Source: Lytechinus pictus (lineage: Eukaryota). From it: 64,000 nucleotides of DNA. The stretch is taken from positions 16,492,001 to 16,556,000 of the forward strand of contig NC_087249.1 in assembly GCF_037042905.1 (NCBI RefSeq), given 5' to 3'. Position numbers and translations under genes: made by a program. Below are positions 27,101 to 42,100 of this stretch, one piece after another (the stretch's first letter is position 1; each line of letters starts with the position of its first letter). The notes under the pieces are model-generated. The model saw only the letters and a list, made by a program, of their open reading frames with translations. It was not told the DNA's origin and made no database searches.

Positions 27101-30100
27101 TTATTTTTTTTTTTTGGGGGGGGGGGGGTGCAGAGATTAAATCATTGCATGCTTCTATTACTTGTTTAAGCCCTCTGGCTAATCAATATACTTGCTACAC
27201 TAGTAACAATAACAGTAATGATGATATGTTATTGTTATTATTGACTGGGTTTCAAAATTGACGTGTTTATTGTTATCATTATCATTATTAATATTTGACA
27301 ATTACATGATCTGATGGCTTTGTAACTTTTGGAATCCCCCAAACTGCATATAACTATTTGCTTATTTTCCGTCAAGTTCAAGTATTGTCCATAATGGTGC
27401 ATACCAATGATTATAAAAGAGGCATAAACATGTTCACACATGTTCCGTATCCACACAATCAATAACATTATATTTTCGTTCTTTTCTTCATAATTATGTT
27501 ATTCTGATAAACCCCGCCATTCGACCATTATAAGCTACAAGGTCCCCAACATAGTGTTCACCCAATACTTCGTACTTGTAAATGTGCATGCGGTGATATA
27601 ATGATTATGAGTATGATATAAATTTCATCATCATTGATATATGGGCGTAATTATAAAAATTATATTAGATTAGAATAATTAATTCAATGAGCGACTATCT
27701 CGTCATCGGTCCTTCACAGTGAGGTTTTGCGCCTACCAGCCCTACCCCGGCTCTACCCTTCCAGATCCTGGCGACATGTATTAACTGATGCTTGGTATGT
27801 TTATTTATCAATGACAATATTTGTTAATTCTAGTTCAAATAAATCATAATGAATTATTTTATATTAGACTAAATGAACATTAGACCTAGTGTGATTTAGA
27901 CCAAATGATCATTAGACCATATGACACTTTGACGAAATGAAACTTAGACCAATTGACGATTAGCCGAACTGGTCAACAGACCATTTCGCTATTAGACCAA
28001 TTGGTCATTAGACCAATTGGATATTAGACCAAATGGAAATTAGACCAAGTGTAAATTAGACCAAATGGTCATTAGACCATATGACAATTAGAAAAAATGA
28101 AAATTAGACCAAGTGGAAATTAGACGAACTGATAAGTAGACCAATTGGTATTAGACCATCCGATGATTCACCAGCCTGGAACACCCTCAGGTGTGGTCTA
28201 ATGTTACAAATTACTTGTGTATGAAGTGCTAAATAGGGTGTTAGGAATATTACTTGATTTTTTTTCTCCAAAATTCAAGAATCTCAGTTTAATTACAACA
28301 TTACAGTAACACTTTGCATCCATTTTACATCAATGTTTGCATTCCCATATTTCACTGGAAATAGATTCTAATAATGAGATTACCATATCTACACATAATC
28401 TTTTTTCGTTTGAGTTTTGTTACCTGTTTTTGTGACCTCATGAAGATATTATTAACTGTGGTCATTCTACGAAACAGCTTTCTGGATGCTCCAACCTACA
28501 TATGAAACAATATACTATACGGTTGAAATATCCATCATTATGAATACAAGGTTTAAGTGGATTTTATTTTCATCAAATCAGAAGCACAGAGTATCCCAGA
28601 AAAGAGGAAAAATTATTCTAATTTACCTTCTGTCAACATTGTTAAGTAATTTATGATGTCTCATTCGAGATTAATTATTAAAAGTTCAGTTTTTCTTTTT
28701 TTGTTTGTATTTAAAATATGAAAAATTCCTGCTTGTACAAGATTTTTAAATTTTAAGGTCAAAGGTTGGTTTACTTTTGTAAGAATAGAACAACCTCAAG
28801 CTTACTTCTTCAAATGAAATTGACAGGCAATAGATTTTATTGTTCGTAATGTGTCATTCATTAACAACTCATTAAGTATTTGGTCTGAAATCCAAGAAGA
28901 TACTTAACACTGAGTTAAGATTTGAATGCAAAAAAAATTGGACAGTGACATGTAGATATCTTTGAATAAAAGCTTCCATATGAGCACGCCACACTGTTTT
29001 ACAGACAGATTTTCATTATTATTACATGACAGCAGACATCTTATCATTTTGGAACGAGAAAATCAATCAAGCATAGAACTAGTCCAAAGAAATATTACGA
29101 GGTTATTGAACTAATCTTGAACTGGATTTGAAACTGGACTGGCAATGCAAGTAACATTCCAAAGTATGTCCTAAATAGTATTTAAAAATCTAGGAAAGGA
29201 ATAACAACTCACCTTCCCATATTCTGAATCATAGTCCTCCACTAATTTGTAATAAGGAGGAATGGACAGCACTCTCCATGCAGTTAGACCCAGAGAGCTG
29301 GCTGAGGTGGGCGTGTCAGGGGCGTCGTCCTGCGATGCGCCCCCTATGAAGAGCAAGGAATGCTTGGCATCGTACGTCGCGCAGCTGATGCCTTGTGGGT
29401 AGTGGCTGCCGAACTGGAAGGTGTGGTTGTATTGGTATTCTCCAGATGAACTACAGAAATCAATATCAGATCAGAAATTACTTGTTTGAATGTCTTTTTT
29501 CTATTTTCAATAGGAACTATAAAATTGTCTCTTCTTCAAACACTTAAAAAAGAGTTGATTGGCAGATCTTAAACTGATGCATGGCTTTGGCTTTCACAGT
29601 ACTTTCAAAAATTGCATTTCCCATGAAATATTTTGTGAGTTCTTATTCCCAAAAGAGGTAAAATTTCATGTTTCTGTCTTGTGGATAACAGGGGACTTAA
29701 GCTAAACATCTCTTCAATACTGGCTGCTATTCATTCAAGCTTTCCGCTTACGATAGCTGGCCACTGCATTCAAATTATTTGTGCTTGTTTATATGAATTA
29801 TGTCTTATCTATTGTCATTATTATGTAAATGACACTTGTAATTTGATCAATAATTTCATATGTCGTTTTTTATCATTTTTATGAACTTGCAATTACTATT
29901 TATCAATAAATGCTTAAACACCTGCTTAAAAAATACTATGGTTTAAGGACTTTGTCTTTCTTACCTCACTAGATAAGAGTCTAAGCTACCATGATAGTTG
30001 ATCACAAGAAGCTCAGCAGACCTAAATTAAAAACAAAAGAATTATGGAACATGATAAATAATGTTTTTTCTTGTAGAAGGGGGTATGAAATGATGTGTCT

Positions 30101-33100
30101 AATGATACATCCACCACAAATAAAATAACTTTCAATTATTTTTATAAAATGGCACTTTGGGGATTTATAAGACACACCACACTGTGGAGTTGCTTGTCTG
30201 TGACTTCACATAATCGAAAGTTTAAAAATTCATAACTCTAATTATTCTTTGAAAGATTTTCATCAACCTTAACCAATATTTTTCTCTACGTATTTTTTTT
30301 TACTGCTTTCATTCAAACAGAGATTTTGTAAGGGCAAACTCCGCCATGAAGCATCTGTTACTTACTGACAGTGAGTATAAATTACAAGTCAAGGACAGTA
30401 AAGCAATCCTTACCACTGAGCTGTCTGTTTGTAGTCTGTAAACAGAAGAGAAGCCACGGCACAACTGAAATCTACAGGGCTGTCAGGAGGTTGGGGTTTG
30501 GACTACAGAAAATAAACAGAAATGTTTCTAATGTGATCCCTCATGAGAATAACAATAGTTAGTGCACATCTTCCTGCTTTAAAGGGGAATCCAAACCAAA
30601 TAAAAAGTTGTTTTTAAAGGAAAGAGAAAAATCAGACAAGTTGATTACATGTATGTGACAGTCTGAACAATATCGGACAACGAAAGTTATAAATTTTTCA
30701 AAGCTGTCCACATTGGTAATCACTATACCCATGGAGACTTCAAATTAGCTGCATTTGTGATGTCATACTGATGCAAGGCAAGGACTACACTTCCACTTAA
30801 TACTCCAATACATAAAATGGCTGAAACATATTTTTTTTTCAAAATTTGTACTTCAAATTATATTTTTCTTTCATGACGATATAAACCAATATGATACTTG
30901 GGTTAAATTTCGATTACTGCCCCAGGGGAATATGTATTTGGGGAAAAAAACCAAAATCCTGATAATTAAGTACATGGCCTATGGAAAAGTTGTCCTTGCC
31001 TCTTGTCATAAATACCCAGTTGCCAATTGGAAATTTACAGTCTTAGGGATCTCAATTTTAAAGCAGCCATAACTTTCTTATTGCTTGTCCGATTTCTTTC
31101 AAAGTTTCACTATTCTGTTTTTCTTATTTTTCTCTTTTCCAACACAACATTTTATGACCAAGGTTGGATCCCCCTTTAACCTGGAAATTGGATAAAATGG
31201 TGAATAAGCTAAGACACCTAGTCAAAAGTCAAAGCAGTGTCTTTCCTGTAGGAATCCTACAAGCAGCTTTTCATTACAAATCATCACATTTATGATTTCA
31301 TCATGCAAAACAAAAAGGGGCAATGCAGGAAAGCTACAATGAAAAGATGCATAGCACCCTCATAGCGGGATTCTTACCCCAAAAATGCAGCACAGAGCTG
31401 CAAGAAACTTGCGATTGCAATTCTATTTTTGGTCCCTAAATCAATCATAACTCTTGAAATTAATTATAAATTTGTGATTGATTGCTGAACTGCTTCTTCT
31501 AACAAGGAGTGTAATCTGATTTTCTACAGCGAAGAATGGTCTATTGATTGTAAAATTGGAACAGAAAATTTGCGTTTGATTGCAAATATTTTCTCGCAAC
31601 ACCCCCTTAGACAAGTTGCCTAAATGACTACAATAACACCAACAACTCATGATTTGGTAGTAGACGAACTAGGATAAGACCATATGGGACGAGTTCAAAT
31701 GAAAGTAGACAAAAGTGGGTGTGGACTAAGACCAATTTACTGATAAAGTGAACTGTTTATGAACAAAATTTTCATCATATGTTTTACCTTGTTTTTAATT
31801 TGAAATGAAATAAAAATGAATTGAATTGAATTGAAATTCTATAACAAGTTGAATGATTGCAATAGCTTTATCATTTGCAAACTTGTTATCATATTCAGTT
31901 TTATGAAACTGGCCCCAAGATGGAAAGTACATGCAAATTGGGTGAACTGTAGGCCAAGTCAGTGGCAATTTAGCAAAACCCTTACCCGTTCTATTGTGAA
32001 GAGCAGTGTTCCAAAGAGATCAAAAGTTCTGATGTTACCCCTACTGTCTGAACAAGCCACCAAGGACCAGTCTGGACTCCATGATACCTGTCTCCATTGT
32101 GGGTGAGAGTCTTTGGGAACTGCAACCAGAAGAAAGATAGAAAGCAAAACACAGGTAAGGAAAATGAACTCTGAATATAAAATATTGAATACAAATCAGC
32201 TTTAATGAGAGAAAAAAAAATGAGAGAAAAAAAATGATTAAGGAGCACATAAGAAAATTTCATCAAAGCTGGTAACAAAGCAGGAAATTTGAAAAAATAT
32301 ATATCTACTGTAAAAGAATCATCAAACTGACATTGTTGCTTCAAAATGCATTTTGAGAACTTGTGATATGTTATGTAAAGAGAACTTACACTAATTTGAG
32401 ACCTGCAGAAAAAGACAGATGTATTGTTTTCTTTTTCATCATACCATTTGAACTGATAAATCAATCTTTAAAGGTAAAAAGACAGTAGTTGCAGCAAATA
32501 ATTATTTCATGAAAAAGTCTTTTAAATCAAGGCTAATTGTCAAAATATCATCATAAATCTAGATCTGGTACATTAAGGTAAACTTATCTTTGTAAAATCA
32601 TGAAATCTTAGCTCAAAATCGATAATTCTGATGATCACTAACACGGAAAAGCATATGTTGGACAATGTATTAATATTGCTTCGAAAAATACCCAACATTT
32701 GATGGAATTCCATGCTTATTTTGCTCATTTCTAAGCAATTACGCATTATCTTCAAGAGCTATTTGGCACACATTTTTTTATTCATACACACAAACACTTT
32801 GGGTGGTAATTTCATTGGATTCTGTTCGAACTCATTTTGAGATCTTTACCACAACTGGTATTTATCTTTAAAATTGAAGCATTTGGTATAGGATCCATTT
32901 TAAAAGTTTCTTCCCCACCCTGCAAGTCTTAAAGAGTTTCAAGGCCAGTTCTAAATCCTTGGAAGCTGCAAGCTGCATATTGATATCACTGAAAATTAAG
33001 AATGTTTCAAGACTGAAAGGACAGAACACTGGCCTTCAGAGGGCAAGACTCTGTTCTTAGTTACAATCTAACCGTGAGTCATAAAAGATCATATCAGGCA

Positions 33101-36100
33101 TTGAAGTGTCTGGCCAGATTATGTATCTAATTTAAAACAGCAAACTGGATAATTTTAGAAATGGTTAACAACTGATTTTCCCCAAATGCTCAAATTCTCA
33201 TTTCATTTATTTTCATATTTCTCTTTGACATTTGATTCACATAAAAAAAGCAGCAACAATATGCATAACTATTAAATCATAAACGACTGAGAAGTATACA
33301 ATAGCATAATATGATATGATACAATCAGTCGAGTTAATTTAAGTCAAAGAAATATGATGGGACCTACATAAAAGCAGACACACAGATTATTGTTATTTAG
33401 TAACCAGGGGACCTACAGCTTTAAGTTCTCTCTGAAGGAACTGGTAGGGAATGGAATTTAATCAAATTGGCATATTTGACCAATCATAAGGAAATTTGTT
33501 GCTCACTAAAATTACACAATAATAATGTGCACAATTATAAAAGATAGCAACAATATAAAAAGAATGGAATTAACTTCAAAAATTTGTAGATCTTCCAAAT
33601 GAAAGCTTAGAAGATTAAAAAAAAATACTTCATCGATCATTTAAACTTGTGGAATGCAGACTCTCCTGCATATATCTATTATCAGAACAGCATTTCAGGA
33701 TGGGTACCCGGTAGGATTTATTCCTTGAACGCTTTAGCCCCTATTAATATGGCGGCTCAGCTACAGCGGGGGTAATAATATGATACCAAGTATCAAAGCG
33801 CAGTTGAGTATATGCACATAGTAACTGCGCTTTACAAATGGACATATTATTATTATTTCCACTTTCAAGCATGAACCATAGGAGACTTTTATGTACCTTG
33901 GCACTTGCAGACACATGACTGGAAGTTATCCCTGGATGATCTGACTTCAATACAGGTATCCTGCAGAACTGCCACAAGGTTGCCATCACTAAAAAATAAT
34001 ACAGGAAAAAGAAGAGACTATTAAGACCATATCACAAAGTTAATAATCAAAACCACAGGAGGCTCCATGGCCATTTTGTATTTGACTGATTCATCTAGTG
34101 CAACTATTCACGAATAATATTTCCCTTATTCCATTAGACAGGTATTCAAATAATTGTTTGGGTTAAATAACATGTTATGTAAGCTTGCCTGGTATACCAA
34201 TATATGATGTTAACCACTGCATAGGCCAAGTGACATGACTTGCAGGTTATATGTACATTAATTTACAATTATTAAATCTTCTAATACATTGTCGTATTGG
34301 CTCTCATTAACCCCGTTGTCAAATACCAAACATGAATGAACACTTCTTTGTTGATCTTTAAATGGGATAACAAGCATATTCAAAGCAACATATAGATAAT
34401 CATGCTCATCATAGTGATTTGAAAAGCATTATTCTGGTTTACAGCCAATGACCTTCATCTGCTCGTGCGAAAAAAAGACGCTGAATGCTTTCCAACAGAG
34501 CTGTCTTAATAGATGGGTTTACAGCCAATGACCTTCATCTGCTCGTGCGAAAAAAAGACGCTGAATGCTTTCCAACAGAGCTGTCTTAATAGATGGGTCA
34601 CTTGCATGGATCACATCTCCAATGCAAGTATATGAACAGACAGGTACCATGCCTCTAAATAGCCAGGATATAGAAGAGTGGATAAGATTTGCAGAGCATG
34701 TTCTAAGTGTCATCAGTGTATGCTCCTAAATCAGCAATGACTTGGCAACCAAATGGAAGAAGGAAAAGAGGCAGTCCGAAGCACACCTGGCGACGGACTT
34801 TCCTCAAGGACTTGGAGCACCATAACCCGAGTACCAATCTGTCAGAGGTTGAAGTGATTGCAAATGACCGACCCAGATGGTAACAGCTTGCTGCCCAATT
34901 CACCACACAGCACAGGAGGATAGTAAGTTAAGTGCTACTTACCTTGCTGTAGCTATATGCCAGCTGATCTGAGAGTTCACAAGTCTGATAAGAGTTGCCG
35001 GTAGAGAGCATGTTGAAGATGACCTGTGAAGGTGAACAAAATAGTAATTCATCATCATAATTAGCCATGTTCAGGCCTCCCCAGCTTGTTGCCAAACGTG
35101 CCTTGCAACTACAAAACTACTCTCACCATTATTATGTTTTAGCATCCCCTATAATGTTATATTAATGCATATTATATTAGCAGACCTCCAAACTTCTGAT
35201 TTAACAATTAGGGATCATTCTGCCCTAAAAGAAGGAAAGATTTATTTTTATCCCAACACACACACACAAAAAAAGTTAATTTGAACAACAACAAAAAAAT
35301 TTAAAGCAAAATTTTGAACATTTCATCAAAATATCACAATCGGGTTTGAAATAATACAGTTATGACATTTCAAATTTTCACTTGATTTCTAACATTTATA
35401 TACGCCATCCACATCCTGGTCAGTATTTCTCAGTAAGCAAATGAGGGATCCAGTTACATCATCAACTCACTATTCAATACATGAAATATTTAGAAAATTT
35501 TCCTTGGCAACTAACATTTTATTCCTCCACGAACATGAGGCAATTTTCATAGTTTTAGCCTAATGTGATCATATGACAAGCTCCCTTACTGTCAAATCTG
35601 AAAATAACATCATACAACTGCTCATTTTTTTTTTCAAACACAAAAGAAATAGTGAGTGTATGACATCATCAGTTCTTTCACTTCCTTACTAGTTATGTGA
35701 AAATAAGCAACTTCACATTAAAATGTCATAACCTACTTATCTTACGTGAGATGTTTGTTTGATTTTCCTTTATTATTTAATTCAACTATTTGTTGGGTGG
35801 ACGTGGCCTTTTAGAAATCAAAGACTGCAAGAAAACAATCTGAGCTGCACTTACCCAAGAGGGATTCCTGTGCTTCTCACAAAAGTCCACAAAGATCCTG
35901 AAAGAAAATAAAATAATAAGTAAAAAGATACATTGAAAATATAGATAATTTACTAATATTAGCATTTTTTCAAAAAGAAAAATGCGCGAGGAAATATCTA
36001 AAGTTTATTTAAGGTCTGTCTGACATAGCAACAATTAAGGAATGTGAAAGCCAATTATACAAAAAAAATATTAGCAATAATGAATAATAAATATTCAAAT

Positions 36101-39100
36101 AAGATAATTTGTATACAAAAAGAAGTACATGAATATAAATGATTTTCCAATGAACATAAATGAGTTTCTAAGAATAAACTTTACTTCCAGTAAAGGCAAA
36201 CCATTCAGAGAAAATTAACTGAACCATGGAATGAACATGAAGAAAAAAACATTGCAAAGGTATTGTATAAGGAATGCAAAGCCGGGGGGCGTTCCATGAA
36301 AGGACTTGTCGGACGTTTTATCCGACAAGTCCCATTTTATCCGACAATTACCATATAACAGTACCTCTCAGCCAATCAACATCAGAGAAAGATGTCAGAT
36401 CTGACAACTTGTCGGATGAATATGTTGATGAAACACCCCCCAGGAGATGAAAGGATGGCAATGAAGAGGGAATATGAAGCATGAGATAAGAATGTAAAGC
36501 ATGAGATGAATAAAGGAGTCGGAAGTGGTGAGATCACAGAAAAGGTAACATCAAAGGAAATAGAAACATTCAATACATTAGTGTTCAAAATAGAATCCTA
36601 CACTTGTCAAGTTACTCACTTGCGGTTGCAGAAGATACCTTTCCAACGAGAGAGCCCCTGGGTTTCTCTGCAATAACACTTGTCTATGAGAAGGAGAAAT
36701 AAAACACAAGATTTACTTTTGATGGATGTTCTATGTGCTAACTACCGAACATCATTCACCCCCACCACAAGTTGTAGGTCAAGGAATAATGAGGAAGGCC
36801 CTGACAGCTAGTTCATAATCATGAGTTGATTTTTAAAAAGCAGACAAAAATAGACAAGAAAGAGATATTATATGCTTATGATTGATGAGTGAATATTTTG
36901 TCAAAAATCCATCAAATAACAAATATTCAGATTTTCACAATTTAATTTTTGACATCATAGGCACTTGAGCAGCTCCCACTCCCAGGCAATATATTTTCTG
37001 ACAATCCAAAATTATTGTTTTTGTATTTGCATCTGTAGATCTAGTCTAGATCTAGATCTAGTCTAGGACTCCTATTCAATATCAAGATAATTGATATTGT
37101 TATCATGCAAATCAGGGCTCTGTAAAACAAAGGTTAGCAATTAATCGTACAATCGAGTTTCACGATTGATTGTACATTGTAGCCAAAGCAATCAATTGTA
37201 GAAAAACGTTCTACTACGATCATAGCTAACATTAAGCTTTGCTGTTTCGGGCCTCAGGCATGCATGTTAGATCTAGATCATGTAACGTTAGATATTATCA
37301 GTAGAGGTGCTGGTCCAAATATTGCCAATATTATTGGGATTGTCCCAGGAAACAAGGATATCCTCATAAACCAAGACAAATCATGTCTTGATAAATTGAG
37401 ACTGTCCTTGTTTATGGGGACAGTTTTTTTTGTTCACTTACCCCTGCAGGACAAAGACAGCAATTTCGGGGATTGAGAGTACTAAAAATAGATTCAGTGA
37501 CCTCAATTCCCCCCACTTCTGCCTTCTTCCAATAATCTTGTAAATTAAACCTGTTCAATTTGTTTACAATGACTAGCATACCGCACTTGATTGGTGTTGT
37601 TACTTGACAGGTGAATGAACTTTCCGAGATTTCTTGTGTGGAGGAATCTTTGAAAACACAGTCCCTGTTAACTTGGACGATCCCAATTTTCTGACCAGCA
37701 CCTCTAACGTTAAAGTCTAATGACTTAACGAAAGTTACTGAATATAGTCATAGATAGTCTAACTTGTTAGTTAGAATTTCTAATTTTTATCAAAATCATT
37801 GATCGAGCCCACCTAGCTCAAGTAGAATTAACGTTAGAAGGTCCAACTTAGCCACTTTAAGCCTTTATCGTTGAATGACATGGCAATTGTTCACATGTAT
37901 GGTCGGACCGGCGCTAATCATGCAATTTCGCAAACTTTGGCAACGGCCGGGGCCGACTTCTCTTACTCAATGACACGACACTGTGTCTATGACAGTCGAC
38001 AGTGACACCCAGGGGGGTACTCGAACAAAAAAGTGGTAGGTAGCCTATGTGCCGCAGGCGAGACAAAAAACGGGGGCTTTGGAGCGGGCTTATTGTAAAA
38101 AGGAGGATCCTCGGAACGGGCTTTAGAACTACAAATGTTTGTGAAAATGGGGGTCCCGAAATGGGTCGCCTGCATGTGAGTGCGTATGCATCCCTATGGA
38201 ACGGGCATACGTGCAGCTAGCCCAGCAGGACGGACACCTGGGGAGCATTTCATGAAAGGACTTGTCGGACGTTTTATCCGACAGGTCCCATTTTATCCGA
38301 CAGTTACCATAGTAACAGTGCCTCTCAGCCAATCAACATCAGAGAAAGATGTCAGATCTGACAACTTGTCGGATGAAAATGTTGATGAAACACTCCCCAG
38401 GTGCGCTCGCGCAGAGGCGATGGTCGGACAGCACTCTGTGGCCGCTTTTCACCAAAATTGAAGCTCATTGTAGCGGATCTATGCGGCCGGAACGGCGCTA
38501 TGAAAAATATGCGAAGCTTTGGCTTTGCCATGATCGGCAGGGGCCACAAAACGGTTTCCAAAGTGAGGGGGCTGAGCCAAAATTGGCGGTGCTGACCATG
38601 CCAAAAATCACAATCATATGGTAATTTATACGTTTTTGTACACGGTTTTGGAAAAAGCCCCCCCCCCCCCGCTTCCGCGTCCCCTGATCGGAACAGAATT
38701 CTTTTTTTTTTCTTGATAAGAAGAAAATGCTATGGCTGCTTTGGACCGGCTTTCTTTGTTTTTTTCTCAATAAGATAAAAATGCTATGCATTGGAATGGA
38801 AATTTGAGAGTAAAAGTGGGGGTCCCCTCCGCGGCACATACCAACCTTGCATTATATAGTGAGACCACCACATATCGACCACCTCTTTTGAAACCCACCA
38901 CCTTGCGCATTCACATTATTGCGTATTACAAACGTTACGCACGGGAGAGTAGGCGCAGTGTCCATAGGAACAGTAAGAATCGAAGGGGAAAAAGGTAAAA
39001 ATTTAGTAGAATTTATCAAAATTGTTTTGACTAGACCTGAACCCTGCCGAAGAACAGTTGTTCATACCAAGAAATCCGATAGGAAACGGCTTTAGAACAA

Positions 39101-42100
39101 ATATCCGTTGTCAATCGTCGAATCATGTGCCAGAGCTCGCAGTGGCAGTGTAACCAGATTTCACAAAATGAAATACGGGACAATTGACAAAAAAGATCAA
39201 CAAAGAAGGCTACACAGTTTTAGACTTGTGAAAAAAACTATAAAGAATTGGAACTTTGGAAGGGAGGGTGAACAAAAGAAAAAAGAAGCGAAAGAAAAGA
39301 GATGAATTGAGAAGAAAAAAGAAAAAAATGAAGGGGAAAACGAAGGAAAAAAATAAAAAATAATAAAAGAAAGTTGGAATAAAAGAAGGATGAAAGAAAG
39401 AATAAAATATAGAAAAAGGTTTCTGTCATTCTTTGAATTGAATATAGAAAGACAGAAAAAGAAAGGAAGGGAAGATGAATAAATGTGTGAAAGACAAAAT
39501 AAAGGAGAGAAAGAAAAAAAAGGAAAGTAAGACAAAAAGGAAGAGGAAAGAAAAATGTTTCCATCATTCTTTGAAAGAAACAAACAAAGAAAGAAGAAAA
39601 ACAGGAAGGGAGGGAGGGAAAAAATAAGGGAAAAGAATTAGAAGGAAAAATAAAATAAAGAATGAAAAAAGGAGGAAAGAGAGGGAGGAAAGAATAAAGA
39701 GAGGAGAGAATGAAAAAAAAGAAAATAATGGAAGGAGAAAAAGAACGAAAAGAAAAAGAAGAGGAAGTGAGAAGGAAGCAAAGAAAAGTTTGAGGAAAGA
39801 AAGAATGAAGGAAATAATAAAAGGAAATTTAATAAAGAAGGCAGGTAAGAGAAAGAAGGAAAAGAAAGACAAATGAACAGAGAGAGAGAGAGAGAAAGGA
39901 TCAGGAAAGAAAGATAGGAAATAATGACAGATGGAACAAAAAAGGGCAAGCAGGAAGGATGAAAAAAGGACAGAAAGAAAGAAAGAGGAAAAAAGTTCAA
40001 ACTTCAAGCAAAGAAAAACAATCCAATCATCTAACAAAAATCATATTTGGTGTTTTTTAAATATATTTTTAAAATTGAAAAACACTAAAATGTTTTAGAA
40101 ATGAATAAAATGTCAAAGTGAAACCTTGTCAACTTAAAATTAGATGAAACATCATGGCATCATACACAACAAGTAATAAAAACTCAATAACTTATTCCTC
40201 CGACTACATCTCCAAATCAGTAATATGAGAATCCATAATAGAATTATACAAATTTTCCGCCGATTTTGTGATTATTTTGGTGGAAAAACTGTTTATCATG
40301 TCATTGTTTGCCCCATTGAGAATCTGCTCCAATCCTACATGCCTAGCTAGTACTAGTAGCCTGCCACACATAGGCAGGAGGCCAGTTCGCTTGCAATGTA
40401 TAGGGCTAGCAAGAAAATCACCACAGAACTTGCAAAAGTTTAGTTATCGATTTTATTGTTGTCTGCTTCGTCATCTGTTGGTTATTTGATGAAAATTCGT
40501 CACATTTAAAGGTAAAGTCCACCCCAGCAAAATGTTGATTTGAATAAATAAAGAAAAATCAAACTAGCATAACACTGAAAATTTCATCAAAATCGGATGT
40601 AAAATAAGAAAGTTATGGCATTTTGAATTTCACTTATTTTTCACAAAACAGTGATATGCACAACTCATTGACATGCAAATGAATCAGTCGATGATGTCCA
40701 TCACTCATTATTTCTTTTGTTTATTGTTTGAATTATAAATTATTTCATTTTTTACAGATTCGACCAGAGGGACCGACTTGACTGAACCATATAGTATTAA
40801 ACAATGCTAATTCCACATGTTAAAGGAGGAATTAATCACTGTTTCACTTGACAATGAAGAGAAAATGAGAATATTTCAGATTTCATAATAAAATACAAAA
40901 GAAATAGTGAGTGGATGACGTCATCAGTCTCCTCATTTGCATATCGACCAGGATGTGCATATAACTGTTTTGTGAAATTAAAGGGATGGTCTGGGCTGAA
41001 AGTATTTATAGCTTAATAAATAGAGTAGAATTCAATGAGCAAAATGCCGAAAGAAGTTTAAAGTTTAGCAATATTTTGTGAAAACAGTCGTCATGAATAT
41101 TCATTAGGTGGGTTGATGATGTCACATCCCCACTTGTTCTTTTGTATTTTATTATAAGAAATTAGGTTTATTCAATTTTTTTCCTCTAAGAACTAGAAAA
41201 ATTGGATTGACGACTGATTTAGTGCATTAGATATTTATTGCTGCAACTTATTTCATTATAAGGGAGACATATTATTCACACAAGTATGAAATAATGAAAT
41301 AAAATACGATTTCATGTAGGCCCTAATAACATAAGAAAACGGAATGTGGAGATGTGACATCATCAGCCCACCTAATGAATATTCATGACAACTGTTTTCA
41401 CAAAATATTGCTAAACTTTAAACTTCAATAACTTTATTATTTGTAATCCAATTTTGATTAAATTTTTGGCATTTTGCTCAGTGAATTCTACTCTATCTAT
41501 TACGATATATTTATTTTCAGCCCTGACCATCCCTTTAAGCGAAACTTTAAAATGTCATAACTTTTTTATTTTACATTCAATTTTGATGAATTTTTCAGTG
41601 TTTTGCTTGTTGGATTTTTCTCTTTTTATTCAAATCATTATTTTGTTGGGGTAGACTTTTCCTTCAAATGTATTAACTATGTTTTTTCAATATTCTGAAA
41701 TACGGGACAAATAGGCGTCCCGAGAAGGGTTTGTCGGGACGCCGTGACAAATGAAGGAGCAAAATAGGGGACGACCCCGGGAAATACGAGACATCTGGTC
41801 ACCCTGCGCAGTGGAAGTAGTGAGACGGTCATTGACTTAGCGTGTTGACATCACAGAACTGATTTGGAAGAGTCAAAATATTTCACCACCGCGACAAGAG
41901 TCGGCCGTAAACTTATATAGTTATAGTGTATCGTGGGTGGTCAGTTTCAAAAGAGTGCAAATTTAACCCAGGGCAGGGAGCTCCGGCCCGTGAAGCTGGT
42001 TGGAGCCCAGGACTCGTCCGTGTAATATTAGCTCCCTGGGTTAGGTGCAAATGAGCAAATCGTCGTATTTGATGTTCGCCGATATAAATTCTAACGACAA

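Larger units (their letters stand above)
24065..28172 (+). mobile_element. Mutator-like (MULE) DNA transposon with foldback-type TIRs
   Basis: 9-bp TSD AGCCTGGAA (24056-24064, 28173-28181); termini GGT-N7-CGGATGGTCTA; arrays of TTGGTCTAAT / ATTAGACCAA subrepeats at both ends; internal transposase remnants. Confidence 0.9.
39146..41806. mobile_element. Non-autonomous hAT (Blackjack-like TIRs) carrying a purine-rich tract and two nested MITEs
   Basis: 8-bp TSD CGCAGTGG (39138-39145, 41807-41814); TIRs CAGTGTAACCAGAT / ATCTGGTCACCCTG. Confidence 0.85.

Noticed and set aside
39197-40037. Long F/L/S-rich minus-strand ORFs resembling membrane proteins (also plus-strand ORFs at 54304-54831)
   Set aside because: Artefacts of purine- or pyrimidine-rich low-complexity sequence
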